A DNA stretch of 64,000 nt, from positions 736,001 to 800,000 of the forward strand of contig CAVXKA010000002.1 of NCBI GenBank assembly GCA_963762255.1, in the 5' to 3' direction. Within the stretch, counting starts at the first letter, position 1. The number at the start of each line of letters is the position of its first letter. The stretch comes from Candidatus Eiseniibacteriota bacterium (GTDB lineage: Bacteria; Eisenbacteria; RBG-16-71-46; JABDJR01). A model generated the notes under the pieces. The model searched no databases. It worked only from the letters and a program-made list of their open reading frames with translations, and was not told where the DNA came from. Made by a program: the position numbers and the translations under genes. This document shows, piece by piece, positions 30,511 to 40,907 of this stretch.

Positions 30511-31371
30511 ATGCACGAAGGATCGAGTTGGATCCGGCCCGTTCTTGCCGGGCTCCTTCTCGCCGCGGGGATCTTCATCCGGTTCGTACCCGGGGCAACA
30601 AGGCTCCAGATTCCCTTCGGCCTCCCGTGGGCGGACGCGGATGAGGACATCCGGCGCCGCTCGCGGCATCGCCTGGGGGAAAGCCTCCTCGCCTGGGCGC
30701 TCTGGATCGTGGCCCAGATGGCGGTGGGGCTGCCACCCTCATGGATCGCGGCGGTCTGGGCTCCACTCGCTCTCGTGATCCTCATCGCGATCTCGTACCC
30801 GGCGCGCCTCTACGTGCGGCGCTACTTCCCCGATCTGCTCCCCGCGAGCGCCATGGAGGGAGAGCGGGTGATTCCGAGGCGCGGAGGGTGGCTCGTCATC
30901 CTCCTGCGCGAGATTCTGCCCCTGGCCGCCGTCCTGATTCCGATCCTGGTGGTGCGGGACGTTCGACCGGACCTGCCGGCGCGGATTCCGGTGGGCTGGA
31001 CGTTGCACGACGGCCCCATGGTGTGGATGGATCGGGATCCCGCGCTGGATCTTCTGCGCCACCAGACGATGGTGGTCTACCTGGTCCTCCTGGGGTTGGA
31101 GGGGATCTTCCTCGTCTGGAAGGGAGTGAGGGGACGGCGAGGGGATCTGGCCCGGCGCATGCTCACCCCGCGCCACTGGCTCCTCTTCCTGTTCAGGCTC
31201 GGTTGGGTGGGCCTCTTCGCCGGACTCAACCTGGGATTTGTGTTCCACGCCCTGAAGGGGGGCTCGGCGCTCCCCTACCTGATTCCCGGCCTCTTTACCC
31301 TGGCCCTCTTGGGCTTGCTCTTGAGGGCCCAGAGTCGCCGGCCCCAGACCTCGGGGCCGGCAAGACTCTGA
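30511..31371 (+). CDS. Integral membrane protein (DUF1648-like segment)
   Basis: About seven hydrophobic segments; LPARIPVGW...G resembles the DUF1648 LPxxIPxHW motif. Confidence 0.65.
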   Translation: MHEGSSWIRPVLAGLLLAAGIFIRFVPGATRLQIPFGLPWADADEDIRRRSRHRLGESLLAWALWIVAQMAVGLPPSWIAAVWAPLALVILIAISYPARLYVRRYFPDLLPASAMEGERVIPRRGGWLVILLREILPLAAVLIPILVVRDVRPDLPARIPVGWTLHDGPMVWMDRDPALDLLRHQTMVVYLVLLGLEGIFLVWKGVRGRRGDLARRMLTPRHWLLFLFRLGWVGLFAGLNLGFVFHALKGGSALPYLIPGLFTLALLGLLLRAQSRRPQTSGPARL

Positions 31372-31379
31372 CCGCCTGG

Positions 31380-31793
31380 TCAGGAATTCTTGGAGTGGAG
31401 GCTGGCTCCCGGCTCCAGATAGCGAACCACGCGGGCGGTGATCGAAAGCCTGGACTTCATGCCGCCGGTCTCGCTGCTGACCGGCTTGACCTCGGTCAGA
31501 GCGTCCGCCCCCACCCTCCGGGCGTAGTCCTTGAGCGACGAGACCAGGTCGTCGTAGGTCGAGCTGTCGTTGAAGTTGGCGTCCATGTTCCGGCGTGCGG
31601 ACAGGGTACCGATGACGACGTGCGGGGTCATGACCGAGCCTTCGAACACCTCCACCGGGGCGTACTTGTCCCGGGCCGGGTACTCGGTGGCATCCATCCG
31701 GACGAACCGAACACCGGAGCCGCAGGCCGAGAGTCCGGCCGCGGTCGCCACGAGCAGAAGGGTCATGGGAATTGACCGAAAGACGCGATGCAT
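31380..31793 (-). CDS. Lipoprotein with a YbjQ-like small domain
   Basis: LSAC lipobox; PHVVIG.L...LKDYARRVGADAL pattern. Confidence 0.7.
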   Translation of the reverse strand: MHRVFRSIPMTLLLVATAAGLSACGSGVRFVRMDATEYPARDKYAPVEVFEGSVMTPHVVIGTLSARRNMDANFNDSSTYDDLVSSLKDYARRVGADALTEVKPVSSETGGMKSRLSITARVVRYLEPGASLHSKNS

Positions 31794-31925
31794 GTCCAGC
31801 CTCCTCGCAAGGGTCGAATCGGTGCGCGAGAGACGCACCCCTTCTCGTGATCGGAACGCACGCGGCGGGCTTGACCGGGAAGGGCCGGGGAGCCGCTCGG
31901 ATCGGGGGATTTGGCGCGAAAGTGT

Positions 31926-31956
31926 TTGACAGGGCGAAATGGGCGGTGCTTAATTT
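31926..31956 (+). promoter_or_regulatory. Putative sigma70 promoter of the histone-like gene
   Basis: Perfect TTGACA at 31926 and AT-rich TGCTTAATTT at 31947-31956; spacing is 18-19 bp. Confidence 0.45.
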
Positions 31957-32042
31957 CGCCGCGACCATTTTGGCGGCGCGCAGTGCGAGCCGTCCGTTCG
32001 CGTCGGTCTCCCTTCCTTCCAACCAACTGCGAGGAGAAAAGA

Positions 32043-32261
32043 ATGGCCAAGAAGATGGCGCCCAAGAAGTCGCCCGACAAGAAGGCGTCGGGTGGTGATC
32101 TGATCATCTCGAAGTCGCGCACCAAGGCGGCGGTGAAGAAGTGCAACGTGTCGAGCGACTTCTACGGCGCCCTGGACAAGAAGGTCCGCGGCCTCATCGC
32201 GGAAGCCGAGTCGCGGGCCATGGGCAACAAGCGCAAGACGCTCAAGCCCCAGGATCTCTAG
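32043..32261 (+). CDS. Prokaryotic histone-fold protein (DUF1931 / face-to-face-like) with Lys-rich N-terminal tail
   Basis: MAKKMAPKKSPDKKASGG-DLIISKSRTKAAVKKCNVSSDFYGALDKKVRGLIAEAESRAMGNKRKTLKPQDL. RKTLxxxD is the L2/alpha3 signature; SD GAGGAG; own terminator. Confidence 0.85.
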   Translation: MAKKMAPKKSPDKKASGGDLIISKSRTKAAVKKCNVSSDFYGALDKKVRGLIAEAESRAMGNKRKTLKPQDL

Positions 32262-32292
32262 ACCCCGTTTCGGTCGCAGAATCCTTTGTTCC

Positions 32293-32320
32293 AAGAGCGG
32301 CGCCTTCGGGCGCCGCTCTT
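32293..32320. terminator. Hairpin terminator after the histone gene
   Basis: AAGAGCGGCGCC-TTCG-GGCGCCGCTCTT, a perfect 12-bp stem. Confidence 0.85.
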
Positions 32321-32334
32321 CGTTGGTGCCGAAC

Positions 32335-33755
32335 TCAAGGCGCGGAGGGTTCGAGGGCGGGCAGCGGTTCCCGCCCCACCGCGTACCGTTCGATGCTGGA
32401 GCGGATGCCGGGGCTCTCTCCTCGAAAGCCGCCACCACCTGCGCCTCGGTCACCAGTCCCGCGCCTTCGTATCGGTTGTGCTCCTCGAACAGACGGCGCA
32501 GAGTGCGATCGAGCGCGCCGGGCCCGGAGACCGTCTCCATTCGCTCGTCGATCAGGCGCGCGACCAGGAATCCGCGGGAGTAGACGAGCGAGTACGCGCT
32601 CAGATCGTTCATGGCACGCGCGGCTTCGGCGAGCGTCAGATCCCGATGCCCGGGAGTCGCACGCCACTCGGCTTCCTTCCTGCGCGCAACGTCCCCGAAC
32701 CCGGCCGGTGTGAGCACCCCGGATCGTTCCATGAGGCGGAATGCCATGTACTCGGTGACCCCTTCCATGAGCCAGATGAGATCGGGGGCGTTCTGGAAGG
32801 GAGGTTCGGGCGAGGCGATGACCGCGCCGCCGATGTAGAAGTGAAAGCACTCGTGAGCGGCAAGCGCGGTGAGGCCCTCCATGTCGTTGAAGCGATCGGG
32901 GGTTGCCAGGCACAGGAAGGCCCCTTCCTGGCTGGTGCCGCTGACGATGCTTCGCCGGCCATCGGTCGGCGCCACGCGGTAGAGAGCGAGCACGTCGAGC
33001 CGATCCCCTCGCGGGGGCGCGCCGAAGAGCGCCACCATCTCGCGGAGCACGGGGAGCAGCCGGTTGGCGATGTGCAGACCGAGGCCGGCGCTCGCTGTGC
33101 CCTCGGTGAGGACCGTCACAGCGGCCCGATCGGAACTCAAGTGGGACGGCTTGAAGTCTCCTGCGGCGGCGAACCCGCTCCATGCGTCGTGCAGGTTCGC
33201 CGGCCGGTAGGCGCCGTCCTCCTGCGGCCACGAACCCCAGATTTCCCAACCCACCGGCGCGCACACGTGGATGGAAAGACTCGCCGGAGCGCGCGCGCCC
33301 AGGTTCACCGGGGTGAGGAGCACCGAATACCCGATCCAGACGAAGCGCCCGTCGGTCACGAAGGAGGCCTCGGGAGACGCCATCGGATCGTAGCCGCGGA
33401 CGCGGTAGGTCAGGGTGAAGCGACCGGGATTGCGGGAGAGCTTCCACCGGCCTTCTCCGTCTTCATGCGTCCGATCGAGCCCGATTTCGGCGCCGGTTGC
33501 GTCCGCGGCCCGGATGTCTTCGATGTGGCCCGGCATGTCCGCGAGCGCGCCCCACGATTCGAGGAGACGAAACGCGGGGCGGCGTCCTGGAAGATCCCGC
33601 GCGTCGAGACGGACCTCGAAGCCATCGGAGATGGAACTCACGGTGTAGACGAGCACGGGAGCCCGACCTGCGGGCACGAGAGAGCACGCGGGGCCGGCCA
33701 CCGCGGCGAACGCGGCCAGGAGGAGCGTGAAGGATATTCGGGTGATTCGCGTCAC
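32335..33755 (-). CDS. M61/M1-like gluzincin metallopeptidase, secreted or lipoprotein (frameshift at about 32420)
   Basis: AAHECFH, WLMEGVTEY and VYSRG. The true C-terminus is probably in the frame ending at 32335, next to the terminator. Confidence 0.8.
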
Positions 33756-33874
33756 TGTCGTCGGTCCACCGGTGGTTTATAGTTGGGTGATCGGCTGCGG
33801 GCCTCCGAGCTTGACCGCGAAGATCGAGGAACCACCGCCGGATGGCCTTTCCGAGCAAGAGGAGCCCGAACCGC

Positions 33875-34075
33875 GTGCACATTCGCTTGAACGGAGAACT
33901 CCGCGAGATCGAGTCGGGCCTCACCGTAACCCGACTTCTGGAATCGCTGGGCTTCGGCACAGGGCGGGTGGCGGTGGCGGTGAACGCGGAAGTGGTGCCT
34001 CGGACGGAGCACGCCGAGCGCGTGCTCTGCGACGAGGACGAGGTCGAGATCATTCACGCGGTAGCCGGCGGATAG
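33875..34075 (+). CDS. thiS: Sulfur carrier protein ThiS
   Basis: [18 protein letters not shown] and C-terminal AVAGG; directly upstream of thiG. Confidence 0.95.
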   Translation: MHIRLNGELREIESGLTVTRLLESLGFGTGRVAVAVNAEVVPRTEHAERVLCDEDEVEIIHAVAGG

Positions 34076-34094
34076 CCGGAGGAGAATCGGGAAC

Positions 34095-34889
34095 ATGACG
34101 CTGACGAATCACGGGGACGAGGCGCTCGTCCTGGGTAGCTTTCAACTGCGCTCCCGGCTCATCGCCGGCACCGGCAAGTACCCTTCGGCCGAGATCATGC
34201 GCGAGGCGCTGAAGGAGAGCGGGACCGAGATGGTGACCGTCGCCATCCGGCGGGTGGATCTCAAGGACCGCGGGCGGGACAGCATTCTCGGTGTCCTGGT
34301 CGAAGGAGGCTACACGATCCTCCCCAACACCGCGGGGTGCTACACCGCGAAGGACGCCATCCTCACCGCGCGGCTCGCGCGCGAAGCGCTCGATACGTCC
34401 ATCATCAAGCTGGAAGTGATCGGGGATCAGAAGACACTCTTCCCCGACAACGAGGAACTCCTGGAGGCGGCGCGCGTGCTCGTCAAGGACGGGTTCACGG
34501 TCCTCCCCTACACGAACGACGATCCCATCATGTGCAAGAAGCTCGAGGACGCCGGATGCGCCGCGGTGATGCCGTTGGGCGCGCCGATCGGGAGCGGCCT
34601 CGGCATCCGCAACCCGACCAACATCCGGATCATCCTGGAGACGGTGAAGGTGCCGGTGATCGTGGATGCGGGGGTGGGGATAGCATCCGACGCAGCCGTC
34701 GCCATGGAGCTGGGTTGCCACGCCGTGCTGATGAACACCGGCATCGCGGGTGCGAAAGATCCGGTGCGCATGGCTCGGGCGATGCGGCGAGCGGTGGAAG
34801 CGGGACGCGACGCCTACCTCGCCGGGCGCATCGTGAAGAAACTCTACGCCACCGCGTCGAGCCCTATCGAGGGCGTGATCGGCTCGTGA
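34095..34889 (+). CDS. thiG: Thiazole synthase
   Basis: [37 protein letters not shown] and VDAGVG. Confidence 0.97.
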   Translation: MTLTNHGDEALVLGSFQLRSRLIAGTGKYPSAEIMREALKESGTEMVTVAIRRVDLKDRGRDSILGVLVEGGYTILPNTAGCYTAKDAILTARLAREALDTSIIKLEVIGDQKTLFPDNEELLEAARVLVKDGFTVLPYTNDDPIMCKKLEDAGCAAVMPLGAPIGSGLGIRNPTNIRIILETVKVPVIVDAGVGIASDAAVAMELGCHAVLMNTGIAGAKDPVRMARAMRRAVEAGRDAYLAGRIVKKLYATASSPIEGVIGS

Positions 34890-35512
34890 CCTCCGGCTTT
34901 CCGCCCGGGCTGTTGCTCATCACCGATCGCGCCCAGGCACGGCTTCCGCTTGTAGAAATCGCCGAGGCCGCGCTCGGCGCCGGCTTCGCCGCGGTAATGC
35001 TGCGCGAGAAGGATCTCGGCGGGCGGGAGCTGTTCGAGCTCGCGAAGACCTTATGCGGGATCTGCGAGCGTTACGGGCGCCCTCTGATCGTCAACGACCG
35101 GTTGGATGTTGCGCTGGCGCTCCCCGGTGCGGGCGCGCACCTGGGCAGGGCGGGCGTCCCGATCGCCGACGCGCGGCGGCTCCTGGGGGCGGATAGACCG
35201 CTCGGATACTCCGCTCACGAAGCGGATGAAGCGCGCGCGGCGATCGAGGCCGGCGCCGACTACGTCACCCTGAGCCCGATCTTCTCCAGCGCGAGCAAGC
35301 CCGACACCATGCCTCGCGGGGTCGCGTGGCTGCGCGCGGCCGCGGCGGAGTTGCCGCGGGGGCGCGTGATCGCGCTCGGCGGAATCACAGCCGACACGCT
35401 GGCCGAAGTGCGCGGAGCCGGAGCGGCAGGTGCGGCGATCATGGGCGAAATGATGCGAGCGGAGTATCCGGGGCGGGCTGCGGCGGAGATGGTGCAAGCG
35501 TTCGGGAGCTAG
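34886..35512 (+). CDS. thiE: Thiamine phosphate synthase (ThiE/TenI family)
   Basis: [33 protein letters not shown] and ALGGI; GTGA overlap with thiG. Confidence 0.88.
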   Translation: MTSGFPPGLLLITDRAQARLPLVEIAEAALGAGFAAVMLREKDLGGRELFELAKTLCGICERYGRPLIVNDRLDVALALPGAGAHLGRAGVPIADARRLLGADRPLGYSAHEADEARAAIEAGADYVTLSPIFSSASKPDTMPRGVAWLRAAAAELPRGRVIALGGITADTLAEVRGAGAAGAAIMGEMMRAEYPGRAAAEMVQAFGS

Positions 35513-35550
35513 TCACCCGGCTCCGCATCCAAAATGTGATACAAATTGTC

Positions 35551-35559
35551 TGTTATAAT
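35551..35559 (+). promoter_or_regulatory. Extended -10 promoter element
   Basis: Perfect TG-T-TATAAT within an AT-rich intergenic tract (about 35530-35620). Confidence 0.6.
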
Positions 35560-35653
35560 ATCTTCCCTTGCACGGCAGTGAAAATAGGCGTACATATGAA
35601 CTCGATCCTCAGTAATTACGGGTCACCCCTCGACCCGTGAAAGGAGACGAGCC

Positions 35654-37063
35654 ATGCTGCGTCTCTCCGGCCGATTCCTGATCGGGTCCCCACTGTTTGC
35701 AGTCCTGCTGCTCGGCGCCACTCTCCGCACGGCGACGGGTCTCACGCTGGACGACGCCAAGTTCGCCCTGCATCTGAAGGCGGCCACCACGGACTCACGA
35801 ACGGCCTGCACGACCTGGGCGCCGGTCGACGTCCCCTGTTCCCAGTTCCAGACCCGCGGTCAGGTCGGCGTCCGCTACGACGCCTACCTCATCATCGCCA
35901 ACGCGGGGGGAAACGCGTGGAACGAGCACGGTGTCGGCGGGGTCTCCTGCGGCATCGAGTACGACGCCGCGATGGGATCCGGCGTGGACGTCTTCGGCTG
36001 GTACCTCTGCGCCGATCTCGAGTTCACGAATGGCGGGGCCAACGGTGAGTGGCCCGCTGCAGGCGGCGGCAATCGCATGACCTGGGTGCTGACCACCAAC
36101 TGCCAGGAGCACATCATCGCCGGCTACGAATCGGAAGGGGTCCACGCCGTCGCGGGAGCCTTCTACGTGTATGCGTACGACGAGGATCTCCTCTACGTCC
36201 AGCCCAACTTGAACACCGTCGTCCAGGAGCTTGCGATCGCTGATTGCACTGCGAGGACGAGTTACCTGCCGTGGGACCGCCGAGGCGCCATACAGTTCAC
36301 CGCGACGGGCGACACGGATGGATACAACCCATGCACCGGGGCGGGGACGCCTCCCCCGGATCCTCCGGAACCCCCGCCACCTCCTCCGCCTCCTCCACCT
36401 CCCCCTCCGCCACCTCCGCCTCCCCCGCCGGTGGATCCCACCGTGATGCTGCATGTGGGCCCGGTGGTCGCACAGCGGGTAGGTTGCGCGAGCGCTCCCA
36501 GCGCCCCTGAGGACGTGGTCACCTTGGGTCAGGCCAACTCCGACGGCAGCGCCCTCTACTTCGTCTACGTCCTGGCGACCCCGGGCAACCAGACCGACCC
36601 CATCGGCTTGAGCGGCGTCCAGCTCGGCATCGAATACACCGAGAGCCCCCTCCCCACTGAGGGTCTCAAGATCTTCGGCTGGTCCCGCTGCGCAGGCATC
36701 GAATTCACGGCCGACAATTGGCCCGCATCCGGCACGGGCAACACGATCGTCTGGGGCAAGGACAACTGCGAGCCAGGACCCATCGCGGTGGCCGGCTACT
36801 TCTACGTCGGCGCCTACTCGCCTTCGACCATGTCCATCGTGGGATGGCCCGCCACCGGCCTCGTGAAGACCGCCGACTGCCTGGGCGCGGAAGCGGTGTT
36901 CGACGACACACTCAGCACAGCGCAGGTCGGCTGGGTGTCCTTGGGCGGGGCCTTGAAGGGGCAGGACAGCGATGGCTGTAACCCCGCCGTCGAGATCTGC
37001 AACGACGAAGGCGTGGCCGTCCAGCCCACCACCTGGGGGAGGTTGAAGACACTGTTCAAGTGA
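35654..37063 (+). CDS. Secreted protein: two Cys-rich unnamed domains, poly-Pro linker, C-terminal TWG motif
   Basis: Signal peptide; internal duplication (LH..., G....GIEY, GW..CA..EF....WPA.G.GN...W...NC, AVAG.FYV.AY, ADC); ends VAVQPTTWGRLKTLFK. Confidence 0.8.
   Translation: MLRLSGRFLIGSPLFAVLLLGATLRTATGLTLDDAKFALHLKAATTDSRTACTTWAPVDVPCSQFQTRGQVGVRYDAYLIIANAGGNAWNEHGVGGVSCGIEYDAAMGSGVDVFGWYLCADLEFTNGGANGEWPAAGGGNRMTWVLTTNCQEHIIAGYESEGVHAVAGAFYVYAYDEDLLYVQPNLNTVVQELAIADCTARTSYLPWDRRGAIQFTATGDTDGYNPCTGAGTPPPDPPEPPPPPPPPPPPPPPPPPPPPVDPTVMLHVGPVVAQRVGCASAPSAPEDVVTLGQANSDGSALYFVYVLATPGNQTDPIGLSGVQLGIEYTESPLPTEGLKIFGWSRCAGIEFTADNWPASGTGNTIVWGKDNCEPGPIAVAGYFYVGAYSPSTMSIVGWPATGLVKTADCLGAEAVFDDTLSTAQVGWVSLGGALKGQDSDGCNPAVEICNDEGVAVQPTTWGRLKTLFK
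36351..36430 (+). repeat. CCN triplet repeat encoding a polyproline linker
   Basis: PPPDPPE followed by a run of about 20 Pro codons. Confidence 0.9.
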
Positions 37064-37120
37064 GGAGACCGCGCATCGCGGGGGCTCGCCGAGTCCACCC
37101 GGGTGGACTCGGCGGGTCGC

Positions 37121-39553
37121 TCAGCGTCCGCCGCGCTTCTTCCCTCCGCGGCGGCTTCCGCCGGAAGCAGCCGCCTTCTTGGTCGCCCGCGCGCGACCGG
37201 GAGCCGCAGTAGCTCCCCGGCCTGGAGCCGCAGCCGTTCCACGCCCCGGGGCCGCAGCAGTTCCACGACCGGGAGTCGTTCCACGCCCCGGGGCCGGGGC
37301 CGCTCGCCGACCGCCCTTGCTCCGCTGCTTGAGTTCTTCGATGCGCGAGCGCGGCTTGACCGGCTTCGTCTTCCCCTCGAACGCGGTCTTGGCCCGGCGG
37401 CGTCGCTGCTCCGGCGTCTGCTCCTGCGGTTCGTCCCCACCCACCAGCAGGAAATCGATCTGGCGGAGTTCCTTGCTCACCGAGAGCACCTGCACGCGCA
37501 CGCGGTCGCCCAGCATGAATCGACGACCGGTGTTGCTCCCCACGAGCGCGAAGTCGTTCTCCCAGTACTCGTAGTAGTCGTCACCCAGCGCGCTGATGTG
37601 CACGAGACCGCTCACGAAGAACTCGCCCAGCTCGACAAAGAAACCGAAGACCTCCACGCCGGTGATGATCCCATCGAACTCCTCGCCCAGGTGACGCTCC
37701 ATGAACTGGATCTTCTTGAGTTCGACCGAGTCGCGCTCGGCGCTCTCCGCAAGCCGCTCGCGCTCGCTCGATCGGAGCGCCGCGTCCTCCAGCCATTCCC
37801 GGTAGCGGTCGGCGTGCGAGATGGGCGCCGGCTGCCGCCCCGACAGTACGCGGAGCGCGCGGTGAACCAGCAGGTCCGGGTACCGGCGGATGGGCGAAGT
37901 GAAGTGAGTGTAGTCCTTGAGCGCGAGACCGAAGTGTCCGAGCGGAACGGTGTCGTAGCGCGCGCGGGCGAGGCTACGCAGGGTCTTCGTGTGGACGATT
38001 TGTTCCTCGGGCTTACCCTCGGCCAGCTTCAGCACGCGCTGCAGTTCGCTCGGCGGGACCTTGCCGTTCGCGTCCACGTGCAGCGAGTAGCCGAAACGCC
38101 CGATCAGGGCCTGCAGCTCTTCCAATTTCTTCTCGGCGGGCTCCTCGTGAACGCGGTAGATCGAAGGGCGCTTGGAGCGCAGCAGGTGGCGCGCCACGAC
38201 CTCGTTGGCGAGAAGCATGAACTCCTCGACAAGGCGATGGCTCTCCATGCGCACGACCTTGCGAATGTCGATGGGGAACCCTTCGGCATCCAGTATCACC
38301 CGGCTCTCGGGCAGATCGAAGTCGAGCGCTCCGCGACGCACACGCTTCTGGTTCAGGACCGCTGCCAGCGCCCGAAGACGGTCCATGAGGGGGGCGATGG
38401 GCTCCAGCCGGCGGCGCATCTCGGGATCGCCGTCGAAGAAGGCCTGCGCCTCCTCGTAGGCCAGCCGGCGCGTCGAGCGGATCACGGTGTCTTCGATGCG
38501 GAAGCCCATGATGCGGCCGCGCTCGGTGATGTGAACGAGCACGGACATGGCGAGCCGGTCCACGTTCGGGTTGAGCGAGCAGAGGTGGTTCGAGAGCTTC
38601 TCCGGCAGCATGGGGAGCACGCGGTCCACGAGGTAGACGCTCGTCCCCCGCTGCCATGCCTCCCGGTCGATCGGATCGTCGAAGCGCACGTAGTGGCTGA
38701 CGTCGGCGATGTGCACGCCGAGTTCCAGGTCGCCGTCCTCGCGCACGGTCAGGGAGAGCGCGTCGTCGAAATCCTTTGCGCTGACGGGATCGATGGTCAC
38801 GACCTGGATGCCCCGCAGATCGACGCGGCGCTTGATCTCCTCCGCCGGCACTTCGTCGGGGAGCGCGGCCGCCGCCGCCGTCACCTCGGGCGGGAATTCG
38901 GTGGGCAACCCGTTGTGCTTGACGATGAGGAGCACGTCGAGGCCGAGATCGCCGGGAGTGCCTAGCACTTCGTCCACCCGCCCCGTCGGCCCCGAGGTCG
39001 GCGATCCCCAATCGGTGATCTCCACCATGACCTTCTGCCCGTCCAGCGCTTCCTTGGATTCCATGACGGGGACGAAGACATCGCGGCGGAATCGCGGATC
39101 GTCCGGGCACACGGTGACGAAGTGTTGCGCGCGCTTCACCGTGCCCACGAACATGGTGGAGGCGCGCTCGAGTACCTTCACCACCCGCCCCTCGGGGCGG
39201 CCCCGCCGATGATGCTCCACCCGCACCACGACCTTGTCACCGTGATACGCGTTGGCCAGTTCCTCAGCGGGGATGTAGATGTCCTCGCCCGGCTTCTCGG
39301 GCAACAGGAACGCGGCGCCGCTGCGGATGAAGGTGAGGCGACCGACCACCAGGTTGATGCGATCGGGGGGTGCGTAACTCCCTCCCCGAACACTGTAGAG
39401 ATCGCCGGTCTTGGCCAACCCCTCGACGAAATCGTCAAAGGCGCGGTAGCGCGCCTTGTCGATGGCCAGAGCCTTCGCCAGATCCCGGGCCTTGAGCGGC
39501 CGACCCGCCTTGCGTAGCGCCTCGAGGACCGATTCCTTCAGAAACTCAGCCAC
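37121..39553 (-). CDS. rnr: Ribonuclease R
   Basis: HTH and CSD domains; TIDPVSAKDFDDA, HFTSPIRRYPDL, S1 domain and basic tail. Confidence 0.96.
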   Translation of the reverse strand: MAEFLKESVLEALRKAGRPLKARDLAKALAIDKARYRAFDDFVEGLAKTGDLYSVRGGSYAPPDRINLVVGRLTFIRSGAAFLLPEKPGEDIYIPAEELANAYHGDKVVVRVEHHRRGRPEGRVVKVLERASTMFVGTVKRAQHFVTVCPDDPRFRRDVFVPVMESKEALDGQKVMVEITDWGSPTSGPTGRVDEVLGTPGDLGLDVLLIVKHNGLPTEFPPEVTAAAAALPDEVPAEEIKRRVDLRGIQVVTIDPVSAKDFDDALSLTVREDGDLELGVHIADVSHYVRFDDPIDREAWQRGTSVYLVDRVLPMLPEKLSNHLCSLNPNVDRLAMSVLVHITERGRIMGFRIEDTVIRSTRRLAYEEAQAFFDGDPEMRRRLEPIAPLMDRLRALAAVLNQKRVRRGALDFDLPESRVILDAEGFPIDIRKVVRMESHRLVEEFMLLANEVVARHLLRSKRPSIYRVHEEPAEKKLEELQALIGRFGYSLHVDANGKVPPSELQRVLKLAEGKPEEQIVHTKTLRSLARARYDTVPLGHFGLALKDYTHFTSPIRRYPDLLVHRALRVLSGRQPAPISHADRYREWLEDAALRSSERERLAESAERDSVELKKIQFMERHLGEEFDGIITGVEVFGFFVELGEFFVSGLVHISALGDDYYEYWENDFALVGSNTGRRFMLGDRVRVQVLSVSKELRQIDFLLVGGDEPQEQTPEQRRRRAKTAFEGKTKPVKPRSRIEELKQRSKGGRRAAPAPGRGTTPGRGTAAAPGRGTAAAPGRGATAAPGRARATKKAAASGGSRRGGKKRGGR
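37189..37300 (-). repeat. Degenerate tandem repeat (about 24 bp) encoding (A)PGRGTAA units in the RNase R tail
   Basis: APGRGTTPGRGTAAAPGRGTAAAPGRGATAAPGRAR. Confidence 0.75.
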
Positions 39554-39964
39554 TCAGTCCTTTCCACCGGTTCCCTGGAACTGGTCTTCCCTGCGTCGGA
39601 AAAAGACGTTGAAGGTGGTGAGGGTGCCATAGACACGCGTGATGTACTGCTGCATGTCGACCTTGTCCTCGTCGGTGAGTTTGGGGTGCGCGTTGATCTT
39701 TTGCTCCAGCACGCGCAACCGGTCGCGCAGCATCACCAACTTGTGGAAGAAGCTCTCGAGAGGAACCTCTTTGGGCTTGAGCGAGAGATCGCCGGGCTGG
39801 AACACGGCTGTCCCTCCCTGCCAGCGCCCTTCCAGGCGGATCTCGCCGAGGACGAATTCCTCATCCAGGATCTCGCGCAGGATCTCGCGAAACTCGTCGA
39901 CATGCATGGTGGGAATGAAGTCGGGGTGGCGCTCCCCCGCCGTGCCCTCCGGTCTCGATTCCAT
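39554..39964 (-). CDS. Conserved hypothetical protein
   Basis: WQGG...[27 protein letters not shown]...[15 protein letters not shown]; TGATG coupling to the upstream gene; abuts rnr. Confidence 0.8.
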   Translation of the reverse strand: MESRPEGTAGERHPDFIPTMHVDEFREILREILDEEFVLGEIRLEGRWQGGTAVFQPGDLSLKPKEVPLESFFHKLVMLRDRLRVLEQKINAHPKLTDEDKVDMQQYITRVYGTLTTFNVFFRRREDQFQGTGGKD

Positions 39965-40797
39965 CAAGGCCTCCCGGTGCGTGCGAGCAAGAAATTGGAC
40001 TCCATGAGAACGTCGAGGGTGACTTGGTCGCGCGCACCGAGGGTCACCGATCTCTGCGCGGCCCGGTACTCCAGATGGGGATCGCGAAAGTAGACCGTGA
40101 CCGCATCGCTGACCACGCGCTCTCCGAGCGTGGCACCGGCGGAGGACGTGAGCGTGAACGGCTCGCCGATGCCGAGATCCTCGAGGAGAAAATAGCCGTC
40201 GGGGGCGGTCTGGTAGTTGTACGCCTCCGAGAAGATCAGTCCCTGCGGACGGTTGACGAGGAGATTCTGCGTGAGAACGAGGGGCGAACTCCCCGCAGGC
40301 GGATTCTCGGGGACCGTCATCCGCACTTCGTAGAGGCCGTTCGGCACGTAGGGGACGGGAACCTGGAGCGCTCGGTTCACCCCATCCCAGTTCACGCTGT
40401 GGATCCCCGCCGAGAACGCCCCGGTCTTGAGCGTGGCGATGACCGCGGGCACTCCCGCCACCGGAGCGTAGATCTCCAGCCGTCCGGTGGTGTCGACGTC
40501 GCATTCGACGACGACCGTGACCGCGCCCCCCACTTCCGTGGCGTTGGGGTTCGGGTAGGGCGGTCGCAGCCGGACGCTGGATGCGACCGGGGCGGTGAGG
40601 CCGATCGGCCCGCTCGCCGCCGCCGTGCGGAAGGCGAAGAGCGCTCCGACCTGGATCTCGCCGAGTGGCTGGCCCTGCGTGTCCATGACCGATCCGCTGA
40701 TGCTCGCGTTGTGTCCGGGAGGGACTTCCTGGGCGCACCCGCCGCCCAGGACGGCGGCGAGCAGGATCGCGGCTGGGAGGAATCCGGTGGTTCTCAT
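39964..40797 (-). CDS. Lipoprotein with an internal FlgD-Ig-like domain
   Basis: GGGC lipobox; PYPNP...[10 protein letters not shown]....VPNGLY. Confidence 0.7.
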   Translation of the reverse strand: MRTTGFLPAAILLAAVLGGGCAQEVPPGHNASISGSVMDTQGQPLGEIQVGALFAFRTAAASGPIGLTAPVASSVRLRPPYPNPNATEVGGAVTVVVECDVDTTGRLEIYAPVAGVPAVIATLKTGAFSAGIHSVNWDGVNRALQVPVPYVPNGLYEVRMTVPENPPAGSSPLVLTQNLLVNRPQGLIFSEAYNYQTAPDGYFLLEDLGIGEPFTLTSSAGATLGERVVSDAVTVYFRDPHLEYRAAQRSVTLGARDQVTLDVLMESNFLLARTGRP

Positions 40798-40907
40798 GAT
40801 CGGGCTCATCGTAGCGGGGGCGGCCCGGAACGGCAACCGCTTCCACTTGCCGGTCAGGGGCGCGGCCTCTAGCATGGGGCCCTGTCTTACAGCTCTCAGG
40901 GAGGAGA

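Noticed and set aside
31950-32334. Peptidase C-terminus overlapping the histone gene on the antisense strand
   Set aside because: Best explained by a frameshift at about 32420; the alternative frame stops at 32335 beside the terminator.
33760-33870. TPP riboswitch upstream of thiSGE
   Set aside because: The conserved CTGAGA and ACCTGA...GGGA elements are not seen.
982-39212. Many long antisense or alternate-frame ORFs (e.g. 982-2847, 5218-6831, 21405-23534, 37103-38965)
   Set aside because: These are shadow ORFs typical of high-GC DNA. They overlap well-supported genes and carry no recognisable motifs.
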